Shown here: one piece after another, positions 18,239-26,511 of the stretch
How the letters are laid out: every line of letters starts with the position of its first letter
Numbering within the stretch: position 1 is the stretch's first letter
Assembly: GCA_947482115.1 (NCBI GenBank)
Contig: CANKII010000002.1
Span: forward strand, 424,137-488,136
Length of the DNA: 64,000 nt
Direction: 5' to 3'
DNA from: Fibrobacterota bacterium
Lineage (GTDB): Bacteria > Fibrobacterota > Fibrobacteria > UBA11236
Position numbers and translations under genes: made by a program
Notes under the pieces: generated by a model
The model's input: the letters and a program-made list of their open reading frames with translations, nothing else
The model's database searches: none
What the model was told of the DNA's origin: nothing

Positions 18239-19243
18239 GTGAAAATCCCACCAAGACTTATCCCGCTTATCGAAGACGGCATTATTGACGAAGTCATCGG
18301 ACAGGTGAAAAGCGGCAAGGAGGCCGACGTTTTCGTCGTCCGCACCGGTGAGGAAGTCCGCTGTGCCAAGGTTTACAAGGAAGCCAACAACCGCAGTTTC
18401 CGCCAATCGGTTCAATATCAGGAGGGCCGCAAGGTCCAGAACAGCCGCAGCGCCCGCGCCATGGGCAAGCGCACGAACTACGGGCAGAAGGAAGCGGAAA
18501 CTTCGTGGATTAGCACCGAGGTGGCGGTGTTGAATACATTGAGTCACGCGGGCCTTCGCGTTCCGCAGCCGTTTGGGTTCTTCGATGGCGTACTGATCAT
18601 GGAACTGATTCTCGGCGAAGACGGTTTGCCTGCGCCACGATTAAATGACCTGAGTCTTTCCGCCGAAACCGCACTCGGCTACCATGAATTTCTGATTTCC
18701 CAAATCGTGCGCATGCTGTGCCTGGGAATCATTCACGGTGATTTGTCCGAGTTCAATGTGCTGGTTGATGCGGAAGGTCCCGTCATCATTGATTTGCCGC
18801 AGGCGGTTAATGCGGCGGGGAACAACAGCGCGAGCATGATGTTTGCCCGCGATGTGGACAATATGGCCCGTTACTTCGGCCGCTTTGCGCCCGAACTATT
18901 GGACTTGAAATACGCGAAAGAGATTTGGGCTTTATATGAGAAGAACAAACTCAATCCGCATGTGGTGCTGACCGGAAAATTTCAGGAACCCACTCGCGTG
19001 GCGGACGTGGCTGGCGTCATGGCAGTGGTTGGGGATGCGCGGAAGGAACACGAGTCCCGTTTGTTGAAGAAAGCGGAGGCTGCGAATGAATTGAAAAACG
19101 CGGGGAAGCGGGAGGCGTTTAAGGAAGAAAAGCCGGAGGATTTTGTTCGCGGTAAACAGGATTCGCGTCCATCGCACAGGCCTGTGGCTCCGCCGGACAA
19201 ATCCCGGTCCGAACCCAATCCTTGGGGGCGTCGACCCCGTTAA
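18239..19243 (+). CDS. RIO1-like atypical serine protein kinase (bacterial PA4780-type)
   Basis: SGKEADVF (P-loop-like), catalytic IIHGDLSEFNVLV, and the metal loop IIDLPQAV. Basic C-terminal tail. Confidence 0.85.
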   Translation: MKIPPRLIPLIEDGIIDEVIGQVKSGKEADVFVVRTGEEVRCAKVYKEANNRSFRQSVQYQEGRKVQNSRSARAMGKRTNYGQKEAETSWISTEVAVLNTLSHAGLRVPQPFGFFDGVLIMELILGEDGLPAPRLNDLSLSAETALGYHEFLISQIVRMLCLGIIHGDLSEFNVLVDAEGPVIIDLPQAVNAAGNNSASMMFARDVDNMARYFGRFAPELLDLKYAKEIWALYEKNKLNPHVVLTGKFQEPTRVADVAGVMAVVGDARKEHESRLLKKAEAANELKNAGKREAFKEEKPEDFVRGKQDSRPSHRPVAPPDKSRSEPNPWGRRPR

Positions 19244-19389
19244 AGCGGTTTGCGTCCAGTGATGACGCGAACCAGAATCACGACAACGGCGATGACGAGG
19301 AGGATGTGGATGAATCCGCCCATGGTGTAGGCCGAAACCAAACCGAGCAACCAGAGAAGAACCAGTACGACGGCGATGGTGTATAACAT
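19240..19389 (-). CDS. lmo0937-family small membrane protein
   Basis: MLYTIAVVLVLLWLLGLVSAYTMGGFIHILLVIAVVVILVRVITGRKPL (49 aa). The track ORF (to 19497) is an upstream extension. Confidence 0.7.
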   Translation of the reverse strand: MLYTIAVVLVLLWLLGLVSAYTMGGFIHILLVIAVVVILVRVITGRKPL

Positions 19390-19589
19390 GTTGGGGTTGC
19401 TTTCTTTGAATCTTTGGTTTTTTGCCATCACCTTTGAAGTGCTGATTGCCGGGTAGAAAATCATTATCCCGAGTCGGGGATTAAATACGCAGATCACCTA
19501 CCTCAAATTTATTTCTGTATAGCTTCAAAGCATTGGGAAATTTGTTGTGCCGGGTTAGTGGAGCAAGGTTAGCAAGAATTAGTAAAAGC

Positions 19590-19955
19590 TTATCCGCTTT
19601 GAACTCCATTAGAAGGGCGTTGTTGAAACGCTTCTTCAAATTTTTCTGGTTGCGGGTTGCCGTGTTCGAGCCAATTCATCGCAAAGACGTCAATTTGTGC
19701 CTTAGCATAATCCAACGCACTCGCACCTGTAAAGCCAGAACCAGGAAGCCCTGTTTCTTTTTGTACAACTAAAATGGTTAGCGGTGGCATGTTGTTTATG
19801 AGACAATAAGATTGAATAGGTTCAAGTAATTGACCAAGTCCTGATGTTGGTACACCGATTAGCTTGCTGACATGTCCATATGTCAAAGATTGGCGATTTG
19901 TGGCTGCCCATGCGAGGATGGCCCATATTTGACAGGCGCGTTCAGAGCGATTCAT
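19590..19955 (-). CDS. MGMT/ATL-like winged-helix protein lacking the catalytic Cys (second gene of the AT-rich cassette)
   Basis: The pattern QIWAILAWAA..QSLTYGHVSKLIGVPTSGLGQLLEPIQSYCLINNMPPLTILVVQKETGLPGSGF resembles the methylated-DNA-protein-cysteine methyltransferase DNA-binding fold, but the PCHRV site reads PPLTILVV. TAATG stop/start overlap with the upstream ORF. Confidence 0.6.
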   Translation of the reverse strand: MNRSERACQIWAILAWAATNRQSLTYGHVSKLIGVPTSGLGQLLEPIQSYCLINNMPPLTILVVQKETGLPGSGFTGASALDYAKAQIDVFAMNWLEHGNPQPEKFEEAFQQRPSNGVQSG

Positions 19956-20686
19956 TAAAGCCCCCCCAAGGCAGGGTAAGTGAATTGGCTGATTATTTTA
20001 AAATGCCATGATAAAAGATCTTTTGCGTACTTACACAATAAGCAATGCTTATAGAATACGTAGTTTATCTCGCCCGAAGCATAGTCTAGGAGCATTTGAT
20101 GGGCGTATCTTTGGTCCGAATGCTGTAATATCCCGTTGTATAAGTAACCAAAGTTTGATTGCGCTAGAATGAACTTTATTGCTTTGTTGTGTTCGCCTAA
20201 AAATTTTAAGAATAGGGCGGTAATATCTCGGTCACATTCGTCGAGTACCGTTAAGACCAAACCTTTTGTTTCGTCTCTATTTTTCATTAGCGAACAACAG
20301 TAAGCGTTAATTTTTGAATAGTGTATTGAGTCGCTTTGATTGCTTAATATCGAACGATACTCGTTCAAAAGGAGTCTAAGGGAATTGTGTTCCTTGAAAT
20401 AATATTTTCCATCTTCAGCTTCTTGGATCGCGGTATTTTCGATCACTGGTAAATGATTATACCTGCTCACGAAACATATGGCCTGGGCCTTTTCTTCTTC
20501 TGTTAGAAGATCTCTGGCAACCATTGTTCTAATTTGAAAAGAAAATGATTTTGGCATTTTCGTTTCAATAATTTGGCCAACACCTTTTCCGATTTCATTA
20601 ACTTCTCTCAATACGTCACTAAGTTTTGATTGAATTCTGGAAATTTCCAGCGGGTTCTCTTTTCTTTGTTCAAATCTTAGCTTCAT
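19955..20686 (-). CDS. Hypothetical 243-aa protein (first gene of the AT-rich cassette)
   Basis: Long ORF in a visibly AT-rich segment. Predicted mostly helical, with no motif I recognise. Translationally coupled to 19590-19955. Confidence 0.6.
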   Translation of the reverse strand: MKLRFEQRKENPLEISRIQSKLSDVLREVNEIGKGVGQIIETKMPKSFSFQIRTMVARDLLTEEEKAQAICFVSRYNHLPVIENTAIQEAEDGKYYFKEHNSLRLLLNEYRSILSNQSDSIHYSKINAYCCSLMKNRDETKGLVLTVLDECDRDITALFLKFLGEHNKAIKFILAQSNFGYLYNGILQHSDQRYAHQMLLDYASGEINYVFYKHCLLCKYAKDLLSWHFKIISQFTYPALGGL

Positions 20687-20706
20687 ATGAAAGGGGAACT
20701 TTCCCC

Positions 20707-21234
20707 CTACTTCTCACTCAGCGTCTTCAAATTCCCCAACCCCTCTTCAAAATCCTTCCCAATCAACTTGTCCATATTGCAAAAGATTCCCATGACTTTC
20801 ATCATGTAAGGACTCGACCCGCTCATGGCCCATGTCACCATCGTCGCTTCACCCTCGGGCGCCAGCGTGAAATTGACGACGTTGTGTCCCGCAAAAGGTT
20901 TGATAAAGTCGAGTTTCATTGTCACCTTCGATGGCGTGACAGCTTCCGAGATCTCCATTGATCCTGCGCCAGCTTTCGAATTGCCGTCCCACGCAAGCAC
21001 CGCGCCCACGCCACTGTCCGGCCCGCTAAAGGTTTTCTTCATCGCTGGATCCAGTTTTTCAAACGGCGACCACGAACCCCAAACATGCAGATTATTGAGG
21101 AGCAGGAAGATTTTCTCCGGCGGAGCCTTGATGCTGGCCGAACGTTGAACGACAAATGTGTTCGGCTTGGTCGCGGCAAAAATCAGGATTGCGGCGATCA
21201 CGATGACGAGGGTGATGAGGATTTTCTTGAACAT
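20707..21234 (-). CDS. SRPBCC-family (polyketide cyclase/dehydrase-like) protein with an N-terminal TM anchor
   Basis: MFKKILITLVIVIAAILIFAA.. then ..VQRSASIKAPPEKIFLLLNNLHVWGSWSPF, an SRPBCC pattern. Confidence 0.8.
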   Translation of the reverse strand: MFKKILITLVIVIAAILIFAATKPNTFVVQRSASIKAPPEKIFLLLNNLHVWGSWSPFEKLDPAMKKTFSGPDSGVGAVLAWDGNSKAGAGSMEISEAVTPSKVTMKLDFIKPFAGHNVVNFTLAPEGEATMVTWAMSGSSPYMMKVMGIFCNMDKLIGKDFEEGLGNLKTLSEK

Positions 21235-21417
21235 GGTGGCCTCCGGGGGGTAATTTTCAGCTTAAAGGTTAGACAATATTATCCCGGTCGTTTCGGCTAC
21301 GCTCAACGACCAGACGCGAGCTATTCCGCTGGCTGAGCGGCTTGTGCTGAGCCTGTCGAAGTAAGCCGAAGCCAGCAACTTGCCAACCCCCTGCACAATT
21401 GGGATTTTCTCTGTCAG

Positions 21418-22485
21418 ATGAAAGAAGCTGACCTGCGGTGTTTCAATCGAATTTTCCTGATTGCCGTCCTGTTTTCCGGCGCATTCCGGCTTTCATTCGC
21501 CCAATCCTCCGCTTGGACAGTGCGAACATCGGGAACAACAGCCGAAATGCATTCCGTGGCGTGGGGGGGATCCGGCGGCGGACAGTTCGTCGCCGTCGGC
21601 GCGGGCGGTACCATTCTCACTTCTCCCAACGGTGTGACTTGGACTTCGAGGGCAGTAGGCGCGGAAAATTATCTCAACGCAGTGGTGTGGACGGGAAGTC
21701 AGTGGGTTGCGGTCGGTGCGGATACTATAGGAGTGACAGGTGCGATTCTCACTTCAGTTGATGGATCTTCATGGATCTCGCGGAATTCCGGAACAACCGC
21801 TCCTTTGCTGTCAGTCACATGGGCCGTCAATCAGCTGGTTGTTGGAGGCAAACGCGGTGTTATTCTCACTTCACCGAACGGGGTAAACTGGACTTCGCGC
21901 ACTTCAGGAACAATGGACGGGGTGAGTGCCTTGGTTTCAAACGGCTCCCAAATTGTTGCGGTCAGTGATGCCGGAGCCATCCTGACATCGCCGAATGGTG
22001 CGACGTGGACAACCAGTGTTGCGAGCACCATGAATTCCCTGTACTGTATTGCATGGACAGGTTCGGAATTTGTGACTGCGGGCGTGTCTTCGATGAAAAC
22101 CTCCATGGACGGGATTATATGGACTTCACTGGCTTCGGGATCTTCCGATATTCGCGGGATCGCTTATACCGGGGCACAATTAGTTGCCGTGGGGTTTAAT
22201 GGCGCCCTACAAAGCTCTGCGAACGTTGTGAACTGGACGACCCGCAATTCGGGAACGACAAACACCCTGTACTCGGTTGTTTCAAACGGAGCGCTCTTGG
22301 TGGTAGTGGGAAAAAACGGCACCATCCTGACTTCACCGCTTGATCCCGTGGCCAACTTTCGCCATTTACAAATCCGGAATAATTCCGCTCCTGGGTTGAC
22401 CTTGTATCAATTCTTTACAGCTTACACCTTGAACGGGAGAAAACAGATTGTGTTGCCAACCCCCTTCAGAAAAGGGATTTTCTAG
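21418..22485 (+). CDS. Secreted beta-propeller protein (Ycf48/BNR-like blades)
   Basis: Signal peptide, then about 7 repeats of G(T/A)ILTS.(N/D)G..WT.(R) spaced about 40 aa apart. Confidence 0.75.
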   Translation: MKEADLRCFNRIFLIAVLFSGAFRLSFAQSSAWTVRTSGTTAEMHSVAWGGSGGGQFVAVGAGGTILTSPNGVTWTSRAVGAENYLNAVVWTGSQWVAVGADTIGVTGAILTSVDGSSWISRNSGTTAPLLSVTWAVNQLVVGGKRGVILTSPNGVNWTSRTSGTMDGVSALVSNGSQIVAVSDAGAILTSPNGATWTTSVASTMNSLYCIAWTGSEFVTAGVSSMKTSMDGIIWTSLASGSSDIRGIAYTGAQLVAVGFNGALQSSANVVNWTTRNSGTTNTLYSVVSNGALLVVVGKNGTILTSPLDPVANFRHLQIRNNSAPGLTLYQFFTAYTLNGRKQIVLPTPFRKGIF

Positions 22486-22524
22486 TCCTTGATGAAGTCA
22501 CACGGGCAAACGGAGGATTGGCGG

Positions 22525-23958
22525 ATGAGAACACGAAACACGATCCTCTTTTCATTGGCCGTATTAAGCTTTTGCATGGGTGCCAATCTCCAGCCGCAGG
22601 ATTATCTCTTCATCGCCACGCATCGCAATCCCACCCAGGTTGTTTCCGACGACAAGGTGGCCTATGTGCTCACCGAGGGTGGAGTGCTGCTGTACGATTA
22701 CCGCCGCCAGCAATGGTTGGACAATATCGCTCCCGGACTGGGTGTCAGTAACATCGCCTACAATCCAGACAGGAATCAATTGCTGATGGCTGCGCGAGGC
22801 GGGGCCATTCTGGAATATAACCCTGTGTTTCGCCGCGTCTCCGCCTCTTCTGCAACCTTCGCAGGCGTGCCGTCGGGAACTCCGCCTGCTGATTTAGTCG
22901 GGTTGCAATTGGGAAACGATTACACCTTTCAGACGGACACGCGCGGAAACACGGTTCGGGATCGCTACAACCGCCGCGTCGGCGTGAATACTGCCACCAT
23001 CTTCGAATACGATCACCTGTGGATTTTGACGGCGGGTCACGGTTCGTTCCTCGGTTCCATGCGCCGCAGGGAAGCCGCTCCTGCGTGGTTTGGACTTTAC
23101 GATTCTTCGGTCAGTGCCATTTATACCAACGGCAAGAATGTGTGGTTCGGTGCGCCCAATCCGGCAGGTGCCCTTGTGCGCGCGAAAACGGATCTCACCG
23201 ATTGGCGTATGTACGCTGCGCAGCAGGGCTACGATTTTATTGATGGAACGATTTACGACATGCTTCAATGGCGGGATTATTTGTGGATCGCCACGGCCAA
23301 GGGCGTGGTTCGGCAGGATATGAATTCCGGGGAGTTCCGGTTGTTCCGGAGGATGCAGGGCTCCACTGATATTGCGGTGTACCGGTTGTATGTGCATCAA
23401 GATCAACTTTATGTGGCCACGGCGAATGGCGTGGCTGTGATCGACGCCCCTGAATCGCGCTTCCACAATTCGGAATTGCCGATCAACATCTCTCCCGTGG
23501 GACGCGATCTTTGCTCCAGCGGTCAGGATTTGTGGGCGGCCACCAGTCTCGGGCTGTTTGTCCTGCGCAAGGATGGTTGGAAATCCATCAAGGATGTGAC
23601 CAAACAGGATGTGCCGGAAGCGTGGGCTGGGAATGTTCCCACGGTGGGATTCAAGGATTCTGTTTTATACTGGGCCAGTGCCAGTCGCGTATATCAAAAG
23701 GCCCGCGGACATCAGGCGCAAACCATGATCGAGGTGGCCAATGTATTCCGAATTTTATTTGAAGGCGATGTAATGTATGTGGGTTTTGACACCGGCGTTC
23801 GCGCCTTCAATTTGAAAAGCCATTTATGGGCCGACTTCCGTCTGGAAGACGGCATTCCCGGCAGAGCCGTGCAAACTTTTTTTGTGAAGGACGGGTTGCT
23901 GTGGATTGGCACCGACCTCGGTGTCATGCGGATCAAGGTCGGGCCGTATTTGCCTTAG
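22525..23958 (+). CDS. Secreted beta-propeller protein (two-component-regulator-propeller-like)
   Basis: Signal peptide MRTRNTILFSLAVLSFC. Repeated W(I/F)(A/G)T..G(V/L) blades (LWIATAKGV, LYVATANGV, LWAATSLGL, LWIGTDLGV). The track start is TTG 22489. Confidence 0.7.
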   Translation: MRTRNTILFSLAVLSFCMGANLQPQDYLFIATHRNPTQVVSDDKVAYVLTEGGVLLYDYRRQQWLDNIAPGLGVSNIAYNPDRNQLLMAARGGAILEYNPVFRRVSASSATFAGVPSGTPPADLVGLQLGNDYTFQTDTRGNTVRDRYNRRVGVNTATIFEYDHLWILTAGHGSFLGSMRRREAAPAWFGLYDSSVSAIYTNGKNVWFGAPNPAGALVRAKTDLTDWRMYAAQQGYDFIDGTIYDMLQWRDYLWIATAKGVVRQDMNSGEFRLFRRMQGSTDIAVYRLYVHQDQLYVATANGVAVIDAPESRFHNSELPINISPVGRDLCSSGQDLWAATSLGLFVLRKDGWKSIKDVTKQDVPEAWAGNVPTVGFKDSVLYWASASRVYQKARGHQAQTMIEVANVFRILFEGDVMYVGFDTGVRAFNLKSHLWADFRLEDGIPGRAVQTFFVKDGLLWIGTDLGVMRIKVGPYLP

Positions 23959-23961
23959 GCC

Positions 23962-24720
23962 TTAGAACGCGAGGGCTCCGCCGAGCTCCATATTCCATCC
24001 GCTGCCGTCCACAAGTGCGGGGTCTATGCCTGGGACGCGATACTTGAGATCGGCATAGGCTGCAATCGGAATAATCGGCAGCTTGGCATGCGCGCCCAGT
24101 TGCAGGAAAAATCCTATGCCCTTTTCAAAATCTGCAGCCTTGATTGCATCTACAATGATTTTTGCGGCCTTGGAATTATCGTTGTCCGTATTGGGATCAT
24201 AGCTCGGGTCACTATCCAAGGCCTTTTTCGCAAATGCCGGACTGAGGATAGGGGCGGCCACACCATAACTCAGGCCGCCGCCCGCATAAACCTTGATGAG
24301 TTTGATCAGAGGAGGGAATTTGAAAAAAGGATAAAGCACTGCCACATCGCCCAAAGCCCGGGCGAAAAAGGGCTTCCCCTCAACACCCGGCACTCCCAAA
24401 TCAAAGGAAACGGGTTTTTCCAGTGTGGGGTTTGTTGAGCTTAAAGACACGTCGTAGTAACCGAACTGCAAATTGCCCGCAGCTTCAATATCCACAAGAG
24501 GTAAAAAGTCGATCCAGAATTTGGCTCCGAAACCTTGAATGCCGGAAAGCCCCCTTTCATCGAGCGACAGCGTATGTGTGACACCTTGGGCGATGACACC
24601 TTTTGACGCCTTCACCTCAAGACCCGGTACCAAGCCAAAGTGACCGCCAATGCCGAAGATGGCATGGGAATAGGTGGCGAATAGGCCCAGTACCAGTAGC
24701 GATTTAAGCGGTGTTTTCAT
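23962..24720 (-). CDS. Outer-membrane beta-barrel protein (paralogue of the 55084-56388 C-terminal domain)
   Basis: Signal peptide, alternating hydrophobic strands and a terminal ..MELGGALAF (aromatic C-terminal residue). Clear similarity to 55084-56388 (QFGYYDV, AGGGL, DLKY). Confidence 0.7.
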   Translation of the reverse strand: MKTPLKSLLVLGLFATYSHAIFGIGGHFGLVPGLEVKASKGVIAQGVTHTLSLDERGLSGIQGFGAKFWIDFLPLVDIEAAGNLQFGYYDVSLSSTNPTLEKPVSFDLGVPGVEGKPFFARALGDVAVLYPFFKFPPLIKLIKVYAGGGLSYGVAAPILSPAFAKKALDSDPSYDPNTDNDNSKAAKIIVDAIKAADFEKGIGFFLQLGAHAKLPIIPIAAYADLKYRVPGIDPALVDGSGWNMELGGALAF

Positions 24721-24770
24721 AAGGCCTCCGGAGGGACAGGATAGGAAAATATAACCCCTCCTGTTTGCGT

Positions 24771-24812
24771 CCTCCCCTCTTGAGGGGAAGGGCCAAATGG
24801 GTGGGGTGACTG
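24771..24812. repeat. G/C-run palindromic repeat, partial copy 3
   Basis: cctcccctc-ttga-ggggaagggccaaatgggtggggtg resembles the right half of copy 1. It lies between the OMP gene start and the pgeF stop. Confidence 0.6.
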
Positions 24813-25562
24813 TTATACCAGCGCAATGACTGCAGCCATGCGCCCCGAAGCGGCGCCGTCACGACGATAGGAGAAAAACCTTTCCGCATCCGTCCGCGTG
24901 CAGGCTTCTACGGCGGTGATGTGATTTACAGAAACCCCGGCAGCTCCGGCTTGCGAACGATTACATCCCTGCAAATCGAAATAGAATCGATTCTCTTTCC
25001 GTTGAACATGAGGTTGGGGGAGAGTCTGTGCGATGTCTTCCGAAATTTCCAGCATCCAAGTCGATAGACACGGGCTCAAGGCGACAAAAGTGGATTTGGG
25101 AAGACAATGACCGGAATGAAAAAGTTTTTCCAATGTCCGTCCGAGAATATTGTCGCGACTGCCCCGCCAGCCGGCATGCACCGCCGCAATGCAATGGGTT
25201 TCCGGATCGGCAATCAAAACACCGAGGCAATCACCTAAAGTCACCGCCAGAATCCGGCCGCCGTCGCGGGTGTAAATGGAGTCGATGTTTTCGAGTGAAG
25301 CCTCCGGGGCCGCGAAGATTTCCTGAATCCCATATCCATGACAAAGTCGGGGAAGCGCAAGAGTTTTGTCTTCCAAGCCTTGCGATTGCAGCAGTAAATC
25401 CCAATTCCTTTGGACATTCTCGGGATTGTCACCCGAGGAAGGGCTCAGGTTAAGGGACGCGAAGCTACCCGTACTGATTCCACCCTGCCGGGTGGTGAAA
25501 AAAGCCCTGATTCCGGAGACTGGCTCCAAAACCGGAATAACCGTGGTGGGAATCGATATCAT
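24813..25562 (-). CDS. pgeF: Peptidoglycan editing factor PgeF / YfiH (DUF152 laccase-like)
   Basis: FFTTRQGGIS..SLNLS, ..CLGVLIAD.., ..AAVHAGWRG. ATG 25562 is preferred. The track start 25676 would overlap the divergent gene. Confidence 0.85.
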   Translation of the reverse strand: MISIPTTVIPVLEPVSGIRAFFTTRQGGISTGSFASLNLSPSSGDNPENVQRNWDLLLQSQGLEDKTLALPRLCHGYGIQEIFAAPEASLENIDSIYTRDGGRILAVTLGDCLGVLIADPETHCIAAVHAGWRGSRDNILGRTLEKLFHSGHCLPKSTFVALSPCLSTWMLEISEDIAQTLPQPHVQRKENRFYFDLQGCNRSQAGAAGVSVNHITAVEACTRTDAERFFSYRRDGAASGRMAAVIALV

Positions 25563-25646
25563 GTGTGGAAGGATAATTTCCGAAGCCTCTCCTTTACCCG
25601 GTTGCAGCCTTGAGTTAGCTTTGGAAGCCGTTTTTGAGGAAACCTC

Positions 25647-26363
25647 ATGGAAAATCCAATCAAGACCCCGGGTCAATCGTCGCTTAAATCCTCCTCCCTG
25701 TGGGACTGGTTCATCGATGAAATTTATCCCCGCTATGAAAAGCAGTTGCTGGGGGGCCTTGTTGCCGTCGTTGTCGTCGTGCTCGGGTATTTCCTATGGA
25801 ACTACAACCACAATAAGAGCGAGATCGCGGACAACAAGAAATTGGGCGCGGCTTACGTTTACATCGAAAAAGGCCAGCTTCCCGAGGCAGAAAAAGCCCT
25901 GACGATTTTCCTGGCCCAAGGCCCTTCGAAGTTGGCGGCGGACAAGGCCAATATGTTTTTGGGAAAGACTTATTACGAGCAGCAGAAATACGATCAGGCT
26001 TTCGATGCCTATAGCAAGGTGAGCAAGGGCAACAAGGCAACGCGTCTGATTTATCTGGGCGCATTGCATGGCAAAGCCGCCTGTCAGATGCAGAAGAAGG
26101 ATTACGCTGCGGCCGTTCAAACCCTTGATGAATTCCTTTCCCTTGCCATGCTGCGCACCGGCAATCCCAAGGAAACGCTGGCTGGAAAAGAAGTGGTGGA
26201 TATGAGCCCGTCCGTTCCCAATGCCCTGTGGAAACAGGCTCTTTGCTACCGTGAATTGGGCCAAGCCGACAAGGTCAAGGCTGCGGTTGAGAAATTGCAG
26301 AAGGTTTATCCCAATTCCCGTGAAGCGCAGGACGGCGCAAAATTATTGGCGATGGTGGAATAA
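25647..26363 (+). CDS. Membrane-anchored TPR protein (YfgM-like)
   Basis: One N-terminal TM helix (LLGGLVAVVVVVLGYFLW) followed by TPR-like helices (GKTYYEQQKYDQAFDAYSKV). Confidence 0.65.
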   Translation: MENPIKTPGQSSLKSSSLWDWFIDEIYPRYEKQLLGGLVAVVVVVLGYFLWNYNHNKSEIADNKKLGAAYVYIEKGQLPEAEKALTIFLAQGPSKLAADKANMFLGKTYYEQQKYDQAFDAYSKVSKGNKATRLIYLGALHGKAACQMQKKDYAAAVQTLDEFLSLAMLRTGNPKETLAGKEVVDMSPSVPNALWKQALCYRELGQADKVKAAVEKLQKVYPNSREAQDGAKLLAMVE

Positions 26364-26364
26364 C

Positions 26365-26511
26365 ACCTTCACCCTTAAACCCTCTCCCATCTTAAAGGAT
26401 GAGAGAGGGAAAGGTCTTATGGTTTCTTCCTTCGATTTCTTTTTAGTTCTTCTTAATTCTTCTCCCCTTCTCCCATACTTTAAGATGGGAGAAGGGGTTG
26501 GGGGATGAGGG
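26365..26511. repeat. Composite G/C-run palindromic repeat, copy 4 (two halves with a spacer)
   Basis: Left half: caccttcacccttaaaccctctccc-atcttaaaggat-gagagaggg. Right half: ccccttctccc-atactttaagat-gggagaaggggttgggggatgaggg. It abuts the uvrB ATG (26512). Confidence 0.8.

Noticed and set aside
18185-18547. 120-aa - strand ORF
   Set aside because: It overlaps the 5' end of the RIO kinase gene on the opposite strand. It has no motifs and would remove the divergent promoter region.
22894-23466. 190-aa - strand ORF
   Set aside because: Antisense to the second propeller gene. It is a shadow ORF.
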